DNA of 64,000 nucleotides from Nageia nagi (Eukaryota > Plantae > Pinophyta): assembly GCA_050084985.1 (NCBI GenBank), contig JBITNC010000001.1:184946001-185010000 (forward strand), given 5' to 3'. The notes below the pieces were generated by a model, which worked only from the letters and a program-made list of their open reading frames with translations, was not told the DNA's origin and made no database searches. Positions within the stretch are counted from its first letter, which is position 1, and each line of letters opens with the position of its first letter. Shown here piece by piece: positions 12,390-25,954 of the stretch. The position numbers were made by a program, and so were the translations under genes.

Positions 12390-15300
12390 CTTATGAGTAT
12401 TTTGGTGTTGTTTTAACCATAAAAGAAAATTGGTTGGAGTGGTCTAGAAAAATAAAGCATACTTTAATTTTTAATGATTTTTGGGTTGACATTTGTGATG
12501 ATGATAAACAACCTACCAAACCAATTGATGCCAAGGAACTTGCAGTTTGGAACATGAAAAATAATAATGCATATGCTTTGATTGCTTCTTCGGTTAGTGA
12601 GGAAGTTAACCGCCACATTAGCTCTATTGATGATGCTTGGAATGCACTAAAGAAACTCAAAGATTTGTTTGACTCCCATTTCGAATTAGAATTGATCCAA
12701 CTTTAGTTGAAACTTTTTAACCTAGAGTTAAAGAATGATGATTCCATGGCATTAATTTCAGAAATTAGAGTAATAATGCATGACATTGACTCAACTGGTG
12801 TGAAGATTGATATTGCTCTTGTAGCTTTGATTAAGGCATTGTATCCCACCTATTCAAACTATCTTGAGTCTTTTCAAGCTAGTGGTAACCTAAAGTCTCT
12901 CACATTTGACACTTTGGCGGATAAGATTGCAGAACGTGAGAAGGCTTTTGGCAAGAAATCTAGTGATTCTACTTCAAACACATTGTGTATTGCTCAAAAG
13001 GGAAAGAATGTTATTCATGATTCTTCTTGAGGTGAAAGCAGCAACCGTGGTCGTGGTAGGAGGAATTATAAAGGCAAGGGGGTGGATCTAATCAAGGTGA
13101 TCCTGATGAGAGGAACAATCTCCATTGCAAAAGATGCGATAGATGAGGCCATGAAGCTAATACCTGTCGCACTCCATGGGATGAGATCAAAGAAAGGAAT
13201 GAAAAGCGGGAGCAAAACAAGAGTAAGAACTCTGATTCCGCTCATTATATTACTGCATATTGTAACAATACCATTGAAAACTTGTGTAATACTTCATTTG
13301 CATCTTGGGAGGATGCATGGTTGCTTGATAGTGGTACTACATGTCACATGACCTTTCGAAGAGAATTCTTTGAAGAGATGAATACCAACATTGATGATGT
13401 GGTATATTTTGCTGACAAATCCTATATCAAACCTTCGTGTATTGGTATTGTGAGACTTAAATTGCCAGGCCTTCCAGATATGGTTCTTCGAAATGTGCTC
13501 TATCTTCTTCAATTGCGAAGGAACTTGCTATCTCTTGTGCTTATTTGACAACAACGACACTCTATTCATATGTTCGATGGCATTGTGGAGATAAGGAGGT
13601 CTTCCAACAACAAAGTGGTGATGACTGGCAGGGAGGATGAGAAGCTATTGAAGATGCATTGAAGTTCTGCCAAATCACAAAATTATCCCTACCTCACCCA
13701 TCAAGAAAAAGGTATTCTCTCATCTAGTCTTTTGTGGCATGCAAGATTTGGCCATCTCAATTTTGATGATCTCTGTTTATTGAAAAAGAGAGGTTTTTTG
13801 GGATTGCCTACTATTTCTAGGAACATAGAACCTTGTGAAGCATGTGTCCTAGGAAAGCACATCAAACAACCTTTTCATGATTCAAATTTTAGAGCATGTA
13901 GAAAATTAGAACTCATACACTTCGATTTGTGTGGTCCATTGCCTGTCCCTTCTGCTGCTGGAAACAAATATATCATGACCCTCATAGATGATTACTCTAG
14001 GATGTGTTGGGTGTATTTGTTAAAGAACAAATCTGAATGTTTTGCAAAGTTTAAAGAATTTCATGTGATGATTGAGAAAGAAGCAAATGCTCATATTGGA
14101 ACATTTTGTTTTGATAATGGGGGTGAATACACTTCAGTTGAATTCAAGAACTATCTTAGTTAGCATGGAATCAAGCATCAAACAATTGTTCCCTACAATC
14201 TGCAACAGAATGGTGTAGCTGAAAGAATGAACAGAACTTTGTTGAATATGACACGGGCAATGTTGTTTTTCAAGAATGTGAAGATGATGTTTTGGGGTGA
14301 TGCAGTTGGTTGTGCAGTGTATGTTAGAAATAGATGTCCATCTCATGCTCTTGATGATAAGACTCCATATGAAATGTGATTTGGCCGTGTTCCTTCGGTT
14401 CGACATCTCAGGGTTTTTGGTTCCACCTGCTATGCTCTAGTCCCTAAGGAACAAAGAAACAAACTTGGTGCCAAGAGTCGAAAATGTATATTCTTGGAGT
14501 ACTCAGATATTACCAAAGGTTATAAGCTTTATGACAAGGTAAACAAAAAGTTCCTCTTTGCAACGGATGTCATTTTTCTGGAATGTTCCAAGAGTGACCC
14601 GACTGTTGAGCGACAACTTGATCACCTTGATAGGTTTACCCGTGTAAAGCATTTCTCTGAACATGATTACGAGATTCCAAATGTTGAGGGGGGATCCCTA
14701 TTTTGGATCCATCATTGGAATCTACACTACTTGTGCTTGTTTCAGAAGTGCCTGATCTAGCAGTTGCACCTGTTCCAGCAGTACAAGCACCTCCTCCACC
14801 ACAGGAAGATCTTTCCTCTTCGTCAGTCCCATAAGCTCCTTTGGATGATGTGATTGAAGGGTTCGATAGGTTGAGTCTTGATGAGGATGAAGAACCTCCT
14901 CAACTTGTTGAGCAACAAGAAACATTGCAGAAGATTCCTAAGTGGCTTTCCAAAACACTTGAGAGTGTTCATCCTGATGAAGTTGGAAAGACAGGAACTA
15001 GGAGTTCCTATAGAAACAGAATTGAAGATGGAGTAGTAGAGGATTCAGATTCAGGTGATGATATTGAGGATATGGAATGTATGTTTGATTGTGAATTGAA
15101 TTTCTCTGCTGATTGTGAGCCGACCTCCTTTAAAGAAGCTTTTTCTCATGATGTCTGAAGGGATGCTATGAAGGAGTATAATGCTCTCATCAAAAATGGG
15201 ACATGGAAGTTGGTGGATCCTCCATATGGAACCAAACCAATTGGATGCAAGTGGGTCTACAAGAACAAATACAGATCAAACGGCTCACTTGAGAAACACA

Positions 15301-16651
15301 AAGCGAGGCTTGTAGCAAAGGGTTTTGCACAGAAAGAAGGTATTGATTATGATGAAACCTTTGTTCCCACAACAAAATGGGTTACTATTCGTTCTTTGTT
15401 GGTAATGTCAGCTCAGAATGGATGAAAAGTTCATCAGATGGATGTGAAGACTACTTTCTTGAATGGTGATTTGAAAGAAAATGTGTACATGAGACAACTT
15501 GTAGGATTTGTAGTGAAGGGTCGTGAACAAAAAGTTTGTAAGCTTATCAAGTCCTTGTATGGCCTAAAACAAGCTCCTCATGCTTTGTACAAAAAGCTTA
15601 CTGAGCATCTCTTGAAGATGAATTTGAACACTTTAATCTGGATGATGCAATTTTGTTTGTCAGAAAATTTGGCAAAATGGTTGTATATCTTGTGGTGTAT
15701 GTAGATGATCTTTTGATAACTGGGAACAATGAAAGTTACATAGCATTCGTGAAACAAGATTTGAAGAGAGGTTTTGAAATGACAAATATGGGACATCTTC
15801 ATTACTATTTGGGCATTGAAGTGACACAAAACCCAAAGTACATTTTCATTTCCCAAAGAAAGTACATTGGAGAATTGTTGAACAGATTTGGCATGACAAA
15901 TTGTAATCCCCTTTCCACTCCAGTGGAACAAAATTTGAAGTTGAAATCTATTGAAGGGAATACATTTGAGGATGCAACGAAATATAGATAACTTGTTGGG
16001 AGTCTCATATATCTAACCACAACTAGACCAGACATTTCATTTGTGGTTGAAATTCTCTCTCGGTTTATGCAAAAACCGTGTGAAGGACATTGGAATGTAG
16101 CAAAAAGAGTTCTTCGATATTTGATAGGCACATAGGAATTAGGGCTCAAGTATTCCAAAGTAGGAGACTTCAAATTAATTGGATATACAAATTCAGACTT
16201 TGATGGTGACAAAGAAAAAGGAGTTTCGACTTCAGGATATGCCATGAGTCTTGGATCGGCAGCTATCTCTTGGAGATCATGAAAGCAATCCGTTCCGGCA
16301 GATTCCACTATAAAGGCAGAGTATGTGGTTGCTGCAGAGGCAACAAAGGAGATTGTGTGGCTTAGGAAGATACTGAAAGATTTGCACGAAAAACAGGTGA
16401 ATCCAACTCCACTTTTGATTGATAATATTTCTGCAATTCAATTGGCCAAGAATCCAAAGTTTCATGATCGAACAAAGCACATCAACACAAAGTATCATTT
16501 GATTTGACATCATGTAGAGGTCAAGACAATTCAAGTGAAACATTGTCCCATAGATGAGCAAATAGCAAACAACTTTACCAAGGCATTTGGAAGAGAAAAG
16601 TTTGAGAAGTTTAGGAAGATGCTTGGACTTACCAACTCCCCTTCGGATTAA
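12390..16651 (+). pseudogene. Copia gag-pol pseudogene (gag, PR, IN, RT, RNase H)
   Basis: Motifs WLLDSGTTCHM, WHARFGH, LIHFDLCGP, IDDYSR, PIGCKWVYK, QMDVKTTFLNG, SLYGLKQAP, YVDDLL and KHINTKYH, with many stops and frameshifts. Confidence 0.95.
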
Positions 16652-17264
16652 GGGGGGAATGTTAGACACCTAATCCTTAGGGATTATGGTATAGTTAGTA
16701 TAGTATTAGATACTTACTATATTTAGTAAATTCGTAGCTTTGAGTGTGCTAGAATTTAGAGTCATTTCTTGTAGAATATGAGGAGTCACAATGTATCTCA
16801 AAGGTAACCCAAGAAGGTGAACATGAAGAGTCTTTCTCAAATTGTATTTACACAATATTCTACACTAATAGAATGTTTTTTGATCTTGGAGTTATCCAAC
16901 CTGTTAGGATAATCACTTGGCCCAATGATGTTGTTCAAAGGTGAAACATTGCATATATATTTCTAAACATTTGTTGACTATCTCGGCTTGTCCATCTATT
17001 ATTGATGATAAGCAAAGCTTATTGTAATTTCCCATTTTTGGGAGTCTCTTATTTGTGATTTTCTAGGAATTTCGTCTTCCACAAGTCAAGGATTGCTGAT
17101 TCATCTTCAGAAATGGATAGAGCATCTCATGCCAAACGCTTTGACATGTTATATGACCTATTTTCAGCAAGAAACGAAGGAGATATGGTTTCATGAAAAT
17201 TGCCTTAGGAACCATATTGCGTGCATGAAAATCTAGAATTTTATTTCTAATTGTTCATTTTGAA

Positions 17265-17890
17265 TGTGACGTCCCTCTTCTAGGGATGGACAATTATAAT
17301 AAGGTTTTTTGTGATAAGTGGGAAACCAATATTGCCCCAAATATTTGTAATTAATAGGTCCTAAGAGTTATTTAAGTAATTTATGAGTAATTTATTATTT
17401 TTATGTTTGGGTTGGGTCGGCCAACCATTCATAATGTAATGTGTAATCTCATGCTCACCTGGAAAAAGGATATGAGAGCTCATTTGGAATTATGGTTGGA
17501 TTAATTATTTCTCCTCTTTGGAGTTTTCTCCAAACCTGCTCTTGTGGACGAAAATCCACTTGAGTTAGGCATTGAAGATGAAAACCCTCATTGTCTAAGA
17601 GGGCTCTAAGACGAAAACCCTAGGGTTTCTCATTGCTATTCACTCCATATCTGCCCTAGGAGAGGGACGTTGGCTTTCTTCATCATCATTGATTAGGTTG
17701 AGGCCTCAGGAGTGTTGCACCAACTTTTTGGGAGTCTTGTGGTGCATTTTGGAAGTCTTGGGTGATGCCCTAGAACTTGTTACATGCTTGTTACAGACCT
17801 GCGTTTAATTCTTGATTATTATATATGGTATTTTGGCTTTCATATTGATTTGATGTGTGGATGAATGCTTTTTTACTACTGTTGTACTGT
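17265..17890 (+). mobile_element. LTR-like insertion in the gypsy integrase (right end uncertain)
   Basis: Starts TGTGACGTCCC; shares the cttgtggacgaaa motif with the LTR at 18.3 kb; gypsy coding sequence resumes afterwards. No TSD found. Confidence 0.55.
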
Positions 17891-20111
17891 TATTGATATT
17901 TATGAATGAGAATGCTTGAAATATGAGGTGTTTGGATGCATAAATTTGTTGCCATTAAAAGCATAATTGAATGGAATGGGAGGGGTTGAAGAGTACCTAG
18001 TGATTTAATTGTCTCACTCCTGTTAGGGTGTGGTAGTGGAAACAAATGAACATATTTGGTGAGATAATCCACAACCATTAGAATTACTAATTCAATTTGG
18101 GGAATCCCATGAAATCCATGGAAATATCAAAGTATTGGACAATTTTGCAGAAGGAATGGGAGGGGTTGAAGAGCACCTGATGATTTAGTTGTCTTACTCC
18201 TTTGATATCCCGCTTCATACCTTTCTAGAAGAAGGAACACTCAATCCATTTTTAAGTCATAAGGAAAGGAACATGTCCAATAGGATATGCATGTAACTCT
18301 CATAGTAATTTAGGGATGTAAGAAGATCCAAAACAAAGAAAAATATGCCCCTTGTAACTAAGAGGTTTGTTGTGTATTTTGGATTAGGTGTGGTGTGGAG
18401 ATAAAAGTAAAAGAAAATAATTAAATAATAAAGGTGGAGATATAAGGGTAATGTGTTAGAAGACATAACATTAATTACTTTTCTTTTATTTGTAAAATAA
18501 GCCTTAAGTCATAATGGGCACCTTGGGAGTCGTCAACGAAGGATTAGAACATCATGTTTATTAAAAGGGGTGAGGGGTGTTCATTTGGGATATCTTGGAT
18601 CATTTTATCTCTTTTGCTTTGTGTATTTGGCTGAGAAGCTAATACCATTTTCTCTTGTGGACGAAACCCTACAAGAGCATCTTTTGCAAATGAAAACCTG
18701 GAGAAGATCGATTCAAGGACAAAAACCTCTCGATCTTGAGAGTGGGACGAAAACTCTAACTCTCTTGGAAGCAAACCTACCTAGGGTTTGCATTTGGACT
18801 TCAAGGAATCATAAGTGAGGAGTTTTTAGGATTGATTCAGCTTGCTAGGGCATTAATCAACATCGTGAGTATTCATTATGCCATTTTAAGAGATCATTAT
18901 TGTTAATCAACATTAAAGGGATTCTACATCACATTTTTGGGTCCCCAACATTAGATATAGTATACGAAGTGGAACATGTAGCCCTAAGAGGCATTTTTTT
19001 GGCATTTTGCATTCATTTTGAAGCCTCCAATAGGATTGTTCAACTTGAGAGAAGCAAAGTGACGTTTTTGAGTATTTAGTCAGTGAAGGCATTTTGTCGG
19101 GTAGATTTGATCAGATCCATTAGTATTGTTGTATTCAGAGGGTTTCTACACGAGATTTGATATATTGCATTATTGGTTTTCAGATTAGGGTTTCTTCTTA
19201 TGCATGTTTGCAGATCTTGACATTTGTGAGTAGATCTATTAATTGTAATTGATGTATTTTTAGATCAAATGCAAATCCATTGATTTGGCCCAAGATTTGA
19301 GTATTTTTGTAATTTCTTTGTATTGCAGTATAGTTCAGAATTTTATTTGTAGCAAATCATAATCTGTTCGCAAGAAATATTGTGTTTTGCCCTAGGGTTT
19401 GAAAATTTTAGAATAGGGATATTATAGATTGGCATGAATATTTTAGTGTTAAGATGGAGTTTGCCTCCAATTGTCTAATTAGTTTATTGGTGTTGGGTTT
19501 CGATGTCCATTGTGTGATGATCCCAAATTGGTGAAGCATGCACAAATGTGCCCTAGGAGAGGGACGTTTACCAATAAGCTTTGAAACTATCTAGAAAAGC
19601 TCAAAATGCACAAATATTCCAATGACTAGCTGATTGAGCAATTAAATACTTTGAGCATGCAGGAAATGTCGCCAAATACCCAACATTGCAAATAGGAAGC
19701 AAAAACAAATTTTATGCTATGAAAATATCAACCCAGATCCAACTTCACACTTAGGGAGCAAACAAGAATTTCAGCAATGCAAAACTATTCCACCAACCCA
19801 ACGTCCAAGCATAGAGAGAAAAATAGCAAATTGTAATAGCAATAATGTAATTGTATTGATGTAGCAATGCGAAAGCGCAATTACAATAATATATTTTTGT
19901 CTGTCTAGGTAGCTTGTACCAAAACTACCTCCAATAGGGTTATGTTGGATGGCTTCAAGGCCTCACCAATCGCAGCAGCAGTGAGGCACAGTCTGAGACT
20001 TCCTCTGCAACTTTTGTGATGGAACCAACAACATTCTTCTCAAGATGGCTTGAATAAGTTGATGTTAGCCTCTTCTCACCTCAATACCTCAAATGCAGGT
20101 TGCGCTACAAA

Positions 20112-20598
20112 TGTTAGAATTCCTAATGCATTATTATTTGGTAACTAAAATGTGTCTCACTTACTTAATTCATCTAAATACTAAAAGTATTTATAAATAC
20201 TAAAAGTATTTATAAATACCTTTTTAGTATTTAAGAATTAAATAAGTGCAACTTGACCATTCCTACCTCATGTAAACCTTGGGTTAAAAGGTGAGTTAAG
20301 GTGGGGTTCTCTCTTATAAATAGAAGGTTTGGCCTTGTTGTAAACACACTTGAATAGAGCAAAGTTATGCTCATGCTTTGTAGGTTGATAGGATGAGAGA
20401 GAGGTTGTAAGCATTGTAAGAATTGTCTTTGACAAATAAAGATCTTGAGTTGAAGTGGAGTACTCTCATCCTTGAGAGGAACTACTATACATGATTGTCT
20501 TACTTGTGTGTGATTGAGTGATTATCTCTTGAGCTGTTGCTTAGAAGTAGAAGAACACTCCAAGGTGATCTTGGGTGTAGGAGGATTCATCTCTTTCA
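20112..20598 (+). mobile_element. Small solo LTR (487 bp)
   Basis: TGTTAG...TTTCA termini, TSD ACAAA/ACAAG, internal TATAAATA. The host LTR A sequence tacaagtggc is restored when it is removed. Confidence 0.8.
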
Positions 20599-23500
20599 AC
20601 AAGTGGCAAAGATAGAACTTATTTGGCCTGTTGGCGGCAAAAAAGCTGCCAATTTGGCCTTTTCTTCTTCTTCTTTTTTGACTTTTACTCCTTGACCCTA
20701 GGGAACCCTAAAAGTGATCTCTAAATCACTTGAGACCTCTATGCTTGTTCATTCTTGTTCATTTTTTTTGCAAACAGCTTGGAGTTGAAGAGTGCTGAGT
20801 GATTGTTGAAGTCTTGAAGAATGCTGAGCAGCTGAAGCTTGAAGGATTGTGTTGTCACTTGCCATTCCTACTCATTTGCAAGTGTTCATTGCAAAGAGGT
20901 AAGTTTTTTCCAACTTTTTTCTTCCAATGTTTTTTTTTTGTTTTAATTTTTTCAAAGCTTGAAGTTGAAAGACAAATTCAAAAGAGTTTTTTTTTCTTGC
21001 CATAGGAATCATTAATCACACAATGGCAACATCAAGTAGTTCTGGAAATCAAGTTAAGTTCAAAATAGATCCAAATTCTCCTCTATGGAAATATGTTCAA
21101 ATGATACAACAGGTTCCAGGTGGTGGGGGTTACATTTGGAAATGCAATCAATGTGATGTTCAATATTCTAGTTCATATTTTCGGGTGAAAGCCCATTTGT
21201 GTGGAATACCTAGAAAAGGTATTAGAATTTGCCCTGGAAAGAATGGTGTACATGTTCCATCAAAGACTGTGATAAAATATATTAAGGAGCAAGAAGATGC
21301 AGATGAATGAGAATCCAAAAAACCAAATCACCCCTTATTTAAAAAAAGATCAAAGGGAATGCTTCCCCCACCTAGTTCCAATATCGTGGTAGAAAACCAC
21401 CCATTTTTGCCTGCTCAAAGTGAACTTGAATCCAATCCCACTACAAACAAAAAAGCAAAGGGGCCTTTGGAGGCATCATTTCAAAATGAGAGTAGATTTA
21501 TTGCTGACCGAAGTATAGGAAGATGTGTTTATGCAAATGGGTTGTCTTTCAATGTTGTTCGATCTCCATATTGGAAAGAGATGGTGAGAAGAATTAATGA
21601 GGCTCCAAAAGGGTACAAGGGCCCATGTTATGAGAAGGTGTGTGGCATTTTATTGGACAAAGAGGTGAAAATGGTTGAACATTCCCTTCAGCCCATAAGG
21701 GATTCATGGATTGAGACAGGTGTGTCCATTGTTTTAGATGGTTGGAAAGATACAAAAAATCGACCCTTGATTAATGTCATAGCAGTGTCCACTAAAGGGG
21801 CAATGTTTTTGAAAGTTGTGGATTGTGAGGGGGAGGTAAAAGATGGACAATTTATTGTTGATATTCTCATTGCATCCATTGAGCAAGTGGGAGCCCGCAA
21901 TGTTGTTCAAGTCATAACGGACAATGCCAAGAATTGTAGAGCTGCTGGGTTGTTTGTTTAAGAATGATATTCACATATCTTTTGGACACCTTGGGCCGTT
22001 CACTCACTCAATCTTATGCTAAACAAGATTGGGAATAAAATTGATTGGGTCAAACAATTGTATGCAGAGGTTGAGGACATTCAGATGTTTATCGACAACC
22101 ATCACATGTCTCAAAGGATTTTTAGAACATTTTCAAAATTGGAGCTATTGAAGGTAACTTTAAGTAAAGTAGTATAAAATTTTACATTTTCATAATTTGA
22201 TTGTGTATTCAAATTCTTCGTTAAAGTTTGTTTTTAAATTTTAAATTTGAATTATTATTTTAATATTTTTTAATTTGATAATTTGTGATAGGTTGCAAAG
22301 ATCCGTTTTGCCTCTAACACAATTGTCTTGAGACGACTTATAAAAGTTAAAGAGGCACTTTGCAGCATGGTGATTAGCCAAAATTGGTCTATATGGAGGC
22401 AAAGCAGCATTGAAAGGGCAACAAAAATTAAGTTTTTGATATTAGATGACTCATGGTGGGATCATGTGGAGTATCTCCTTAGTTTCACCGAGCCCATTTT
22501 GAGCATGATTCACTATACTGACATGGATAGGCCTTGCATTGGAGAGATATATGATGGCATAGACTCAATGATTGAGAAGATGAAGAGCACCATAAATGCA
22601 AAAGAGCAAGACCTTGAAGAGACTTTCTTCAAACAAGTGCATGTTATTGTTGAAGAAAGATGGAACAAAATGACAACTCCATTACATCTTTTTGCCTTTG
22701 CATTGTCTCCAAAATACTACAACAGTGAGATTCTTTCTTTGGCAGGAAAGCTTGCCCCATATAGAGATTTAGAAGTGTTTGATGGATACAAGAAAGCATT
22801 TAGGAGACTATTCCCTGATCCTGAATTGCAAGATATAGTCACGAGTGAGTTCATTGATTTTGTGCACTCCAATGGTCAAAGTATTGAGGCTCTTCGTGAT
22901 AAGTTCGAGAAGGATGCTCTTTGTTGGTGGTACTACCATGGCCGGTACATCAAAAACCTACAACCCCTCGCAGCCAAAGTTTTATCACAAGTAAGTTACT
23001 AAGTTTAATAAAATGAAAATATAAAGTTTCATTAATAGTTTTTATTTTTAACTTTTTTATTTATTTTTTATTTTTAAATGCATAACTTTAATTGTTTATT
23101 GTCTTCATAGATTGCTAGTTCATCTGCTTCGAAGAGGAATTGGAGCACATATTCTTTCATCCACTCAATAAAGTGCAATAGATTGCATTCCAAAAAAGCG
23201 GAGAACTTAGTATATGTGCATTCCAACTTGCATCTCCTTTCACACAAACAAAAATGACTACAAGCAAGGGGAAACGAAGTTGTGGGATATAGAGCCAGAA
23301 CATACTGACTTGGATACATCTAGTTCCCACCTTATTGCATTTGATGACTTAGATGACCAAGATGAACACAATATTAGTGCAAGTGATAGTGTCATTGGTT
23401 GTGGTTCATCTAATAGTCCTACATCATCTGATGTCAATGATGATGATGACATATTTGCTGATTTAGAAAATCCACTTGAGGATTAAACTAGTAGTCTAGT

Positions 23501-24092
23501 TGTTGAACAATTGAACTTGATATTATTATTTTGATATTGAACTTGAAGTTTGAATGATGAATATTTATATGATGTTATATGATGTTGTTTTGTTGTTTAT
23601 ATGATGTTATGTGATACTTTAATCTTAATTTCATGCTTCTAGGCTGCACATATATAAAAATTTAAAATTTTCACATTTTTTATATGGACGAACCCAAACA
23701 AACCCAAACCCCCAAAAACAATTTAGCCAAACCAGTGAATCCGATCACTGAACTCGAACTCGAACATGAACCGACAACTTAGGTTTTTTTTAAAAATTGA
23801 TATATTCTTGTAATATTTTTTATATACCAAAAAAAGGAGATATATATTACTATTTTTTTATATATTATATAAAAAAGGAAAAGTTTACATTGTAAACATT
23901 TAGCAAAAATTATAATAAAGGAAAATACTTGACTGTTTAAAATAAAACTTTGATTAATGTGGAGACTGTTTAAAATAAAACTTTGATTGAGTGATTATCT
24001 CTTGAGCTGTTGCTTAGAAGTAGAAGAACACTCCAAGGTGATCTTGGTGTAGTAGGATTCATCTCTTTCAACAAGTGGCAAAGATAGAACTT
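20511..24092. repeat. 110-bp direct repeat (20511-20620 and 23984-24092) bracketing the hAT segment
   Basis: tgattgagtgattatctc...gtggcaaagatagaactt occurs twice, with about 1 indel and 1 substitution. Confidence 0.92.
21023..23486 (+). pseudogene. hAT transposase pseudogene (BED zinc finger, DUF659, C-terminal dimerisation domain) with introns 22154-22291 and 22991-23110
   Basis: Motifs LWKYV..WKCNQC..RVKAHL, LDGWKD..RPLINV, NVVQVITDNAKNC, RWNKMTTPLH and SSSASKRNWSTYSFIH; several stops. Subterminal gaaccc repeats and a TIR-like end AACTTAG at 23782. Confidence 0.93.
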
Positions 24093-25954
24093 CCACTCAA
24101 TCTGAATAAAAGGGGTTTAATAACAATAATTAGCATATGCCGTAATGACCAAGCGTTCTCCTTTTATAGGCAATGTAGTCTCTTTTCTAATCTTGCATTG
24201 AGATGATCCAACGGTGAAGAGATGTGATTCGTGTGCTCATGTGTGCAACATCCAAGACGAGGAGCCTCGGGATGAGTGAAATCACATCTAAAGGCCAAGA
24301 ATGCCAATGTCCAAGAGGGGGTGATGCTGGAGTGCCTCGGGATCAGTGCCATGGGTGTAAGTGTCAAGGAGGGTGACGTGGGGCCTTGGGATGCTAAAGT
24401 GTCCAACGTCCATGCATGGGAGCTGTCCACTTGCCTCGGGATTTCCGAATCCTTGTTTGTAGTGCCGCGTCCAACCTTGGAGCTCATAATGACCTCATAG
24501 TCATTGCAATCACCTAGGGGGATGCTCTACCTCAAAGAGGGGAGCACTAATGACTAGAGATACATTAAATGCCATTATTGCAACTGTCAAGGTTATAAAT
24601 ATGCAATGCCTTTTTTAAAGAGACCAATATTGCATTTACAAATATAATTGCCTTGGTATTACAAATACATTATTATTGGCATTTTAGGTAATTAATTTAA
24701 TGCAATACATAAATAAAAGGCTATTTATTCCATAATTAGAGCTTTTATTAAGTCTCTAAGTGAAATTTACATCATTTTGGCCAAATCCTACAAAAATAGA
24801 CAAGTTCACTCCGAAATTAATGTTTCCATTTATCAAAGGTGAAATGGGGAAAACACCTGAAAAATGGGGACATTATACATTGGTATGAATTTTGGCTAGC
24901 CAATCTGAAATAGGTAGTGAGATGGACCTGAGTTTGAGTTCATCCTCATGTAGGTGATTTCTGTTGATTTGAAGACATCCTTTGTTTGAGGAAATATTTG
25001 TGGTTGTGGTGATCTATTTTAATTTGAAAACGTTGTCCCAGTAGTTTAGGCCGCCATTCGTTTTTGACATGCACAATAACAAGCATTTCTTTCTCATAAG
25101 CCAATTTGGCCAAGTGTCTTCCTGAAAAGGCCTTGTTAGTGAATGCGATAGATTGTCCTTACGTGAAGAAATTGTATAGTGTGATCTTGAAGCATCACTT
25201 TCAATGATGAAAGGCTTAGTGAAATCTAGCATTGCAACTACGGGACTAGTGCACATATGGTGTTTCAACAAATCAAAAGCATGCTTGGCTCAATCTAGGA
25301 AATGCATTTTTTTGTCAACACAATTGTGAGAGGAGATGCAATTTTCCTATAGTCCTTGACAAACATACGATAATATCCATTGAGACCAATAAATCTCTCT
25401 AAGGCTTTTAAGGTATGTAGTTTGGGCCACTTTTGCATTGTTCAATTTTGGTGGGGTCCTCCTTGACCTCTTTGGCGGACACAATGTGACCCAAACATTC
25501 TACTTCCCTATTTCCAAAAACACATTTGGATTGCTTAACAAATAGATGGTTGAGACACGAGTTCTCTAGCACCATTTCCAAATGGTGGAGATGATCTTAC
25601 TAGGTTCAAGAATAAATGAAAATGTCATCAAAGAAGATAAGAACAAACTAACAAAGCTAGGGCTTGAGGATTGTGATCATTAGACTTTGAAAGGTGGAGG
25701 GAGCATTGGTGAGTCCAAAAAGCATAATTAAGAACTTGTAGTGTTCGTTATGTGTGTGGAATGCAATATTAGAAATATTGGATTCTTTCACTTTGGATTG
25801 ATGGTACTCAAATCTCATGTTTAACTTAGCAAAGAAGTTGGCTCTATGAAGTTCATCTGAGAGGTCATCAACGATCGAAATGGGAAACTTACCCTTGATA
25901 CTGATCTTATTAAGTTCCCTATAATTAATTAAAATGTGCCTAGATACACAACAT

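Larger units (their letters stand above)
10486..16906 (+). mobile_element. Full-length, inactivated Ty1/copia LTR retrotransposon (6.4 kb)
   Basis: LTRs 10486-10734 and 16660-16906; TSD GGATA on both sides; PBS TGGTAcCAGAG at 10736; PPT AAGGGGGGAA before 16660. Inserted in the gypsy integrase. Confidence 0.96.
19513..24877 (-). mobile_element. Solo LTR, family A, interrupted by 20112-24092
   Basis: Perfect TSD CATTG (19508-19512 and 24878-24882); colinear with LTR 48475-49861 and reverse-complementary to LTR 35649-43572. Confidence 0.88.
18317..24948 (+). mobile_element. LTR-like element split by solo LTR A (own sequence about 18317-19507 and 24883-24948)
   Basis: Non-coding LTR-like sequence between the gypsy integrase and RNase H remnants; boundaries approximate. 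Confidence 0.5.
9642..25925 (-). mobile_element. Decayed Ty3/gypsy chromovirus-type element; base layer of the intron-4 nest
   Basis: On the minus strand: RT (25420-25925), RNase H (MLDFTKPFIIESDAS, about 24955-25270), integrase (ISMDF, VVDYLTKY at 17890-18310; DGQAEIVNKCLE at about 16950; LELPSTSKIHPIFHVS at about 10100), a chromodomain-like tail, a PPT at 9878-9892 and a 3' LTR at about 9642-9877. Confidence 0.8.

Noticed and set aside
15805-16669. Antisense ORFs of 167 and 130 aa over the copia RT/RNase H
   Set aside because: Typical shadow ORFs of the pol frame, with no independent motifs.
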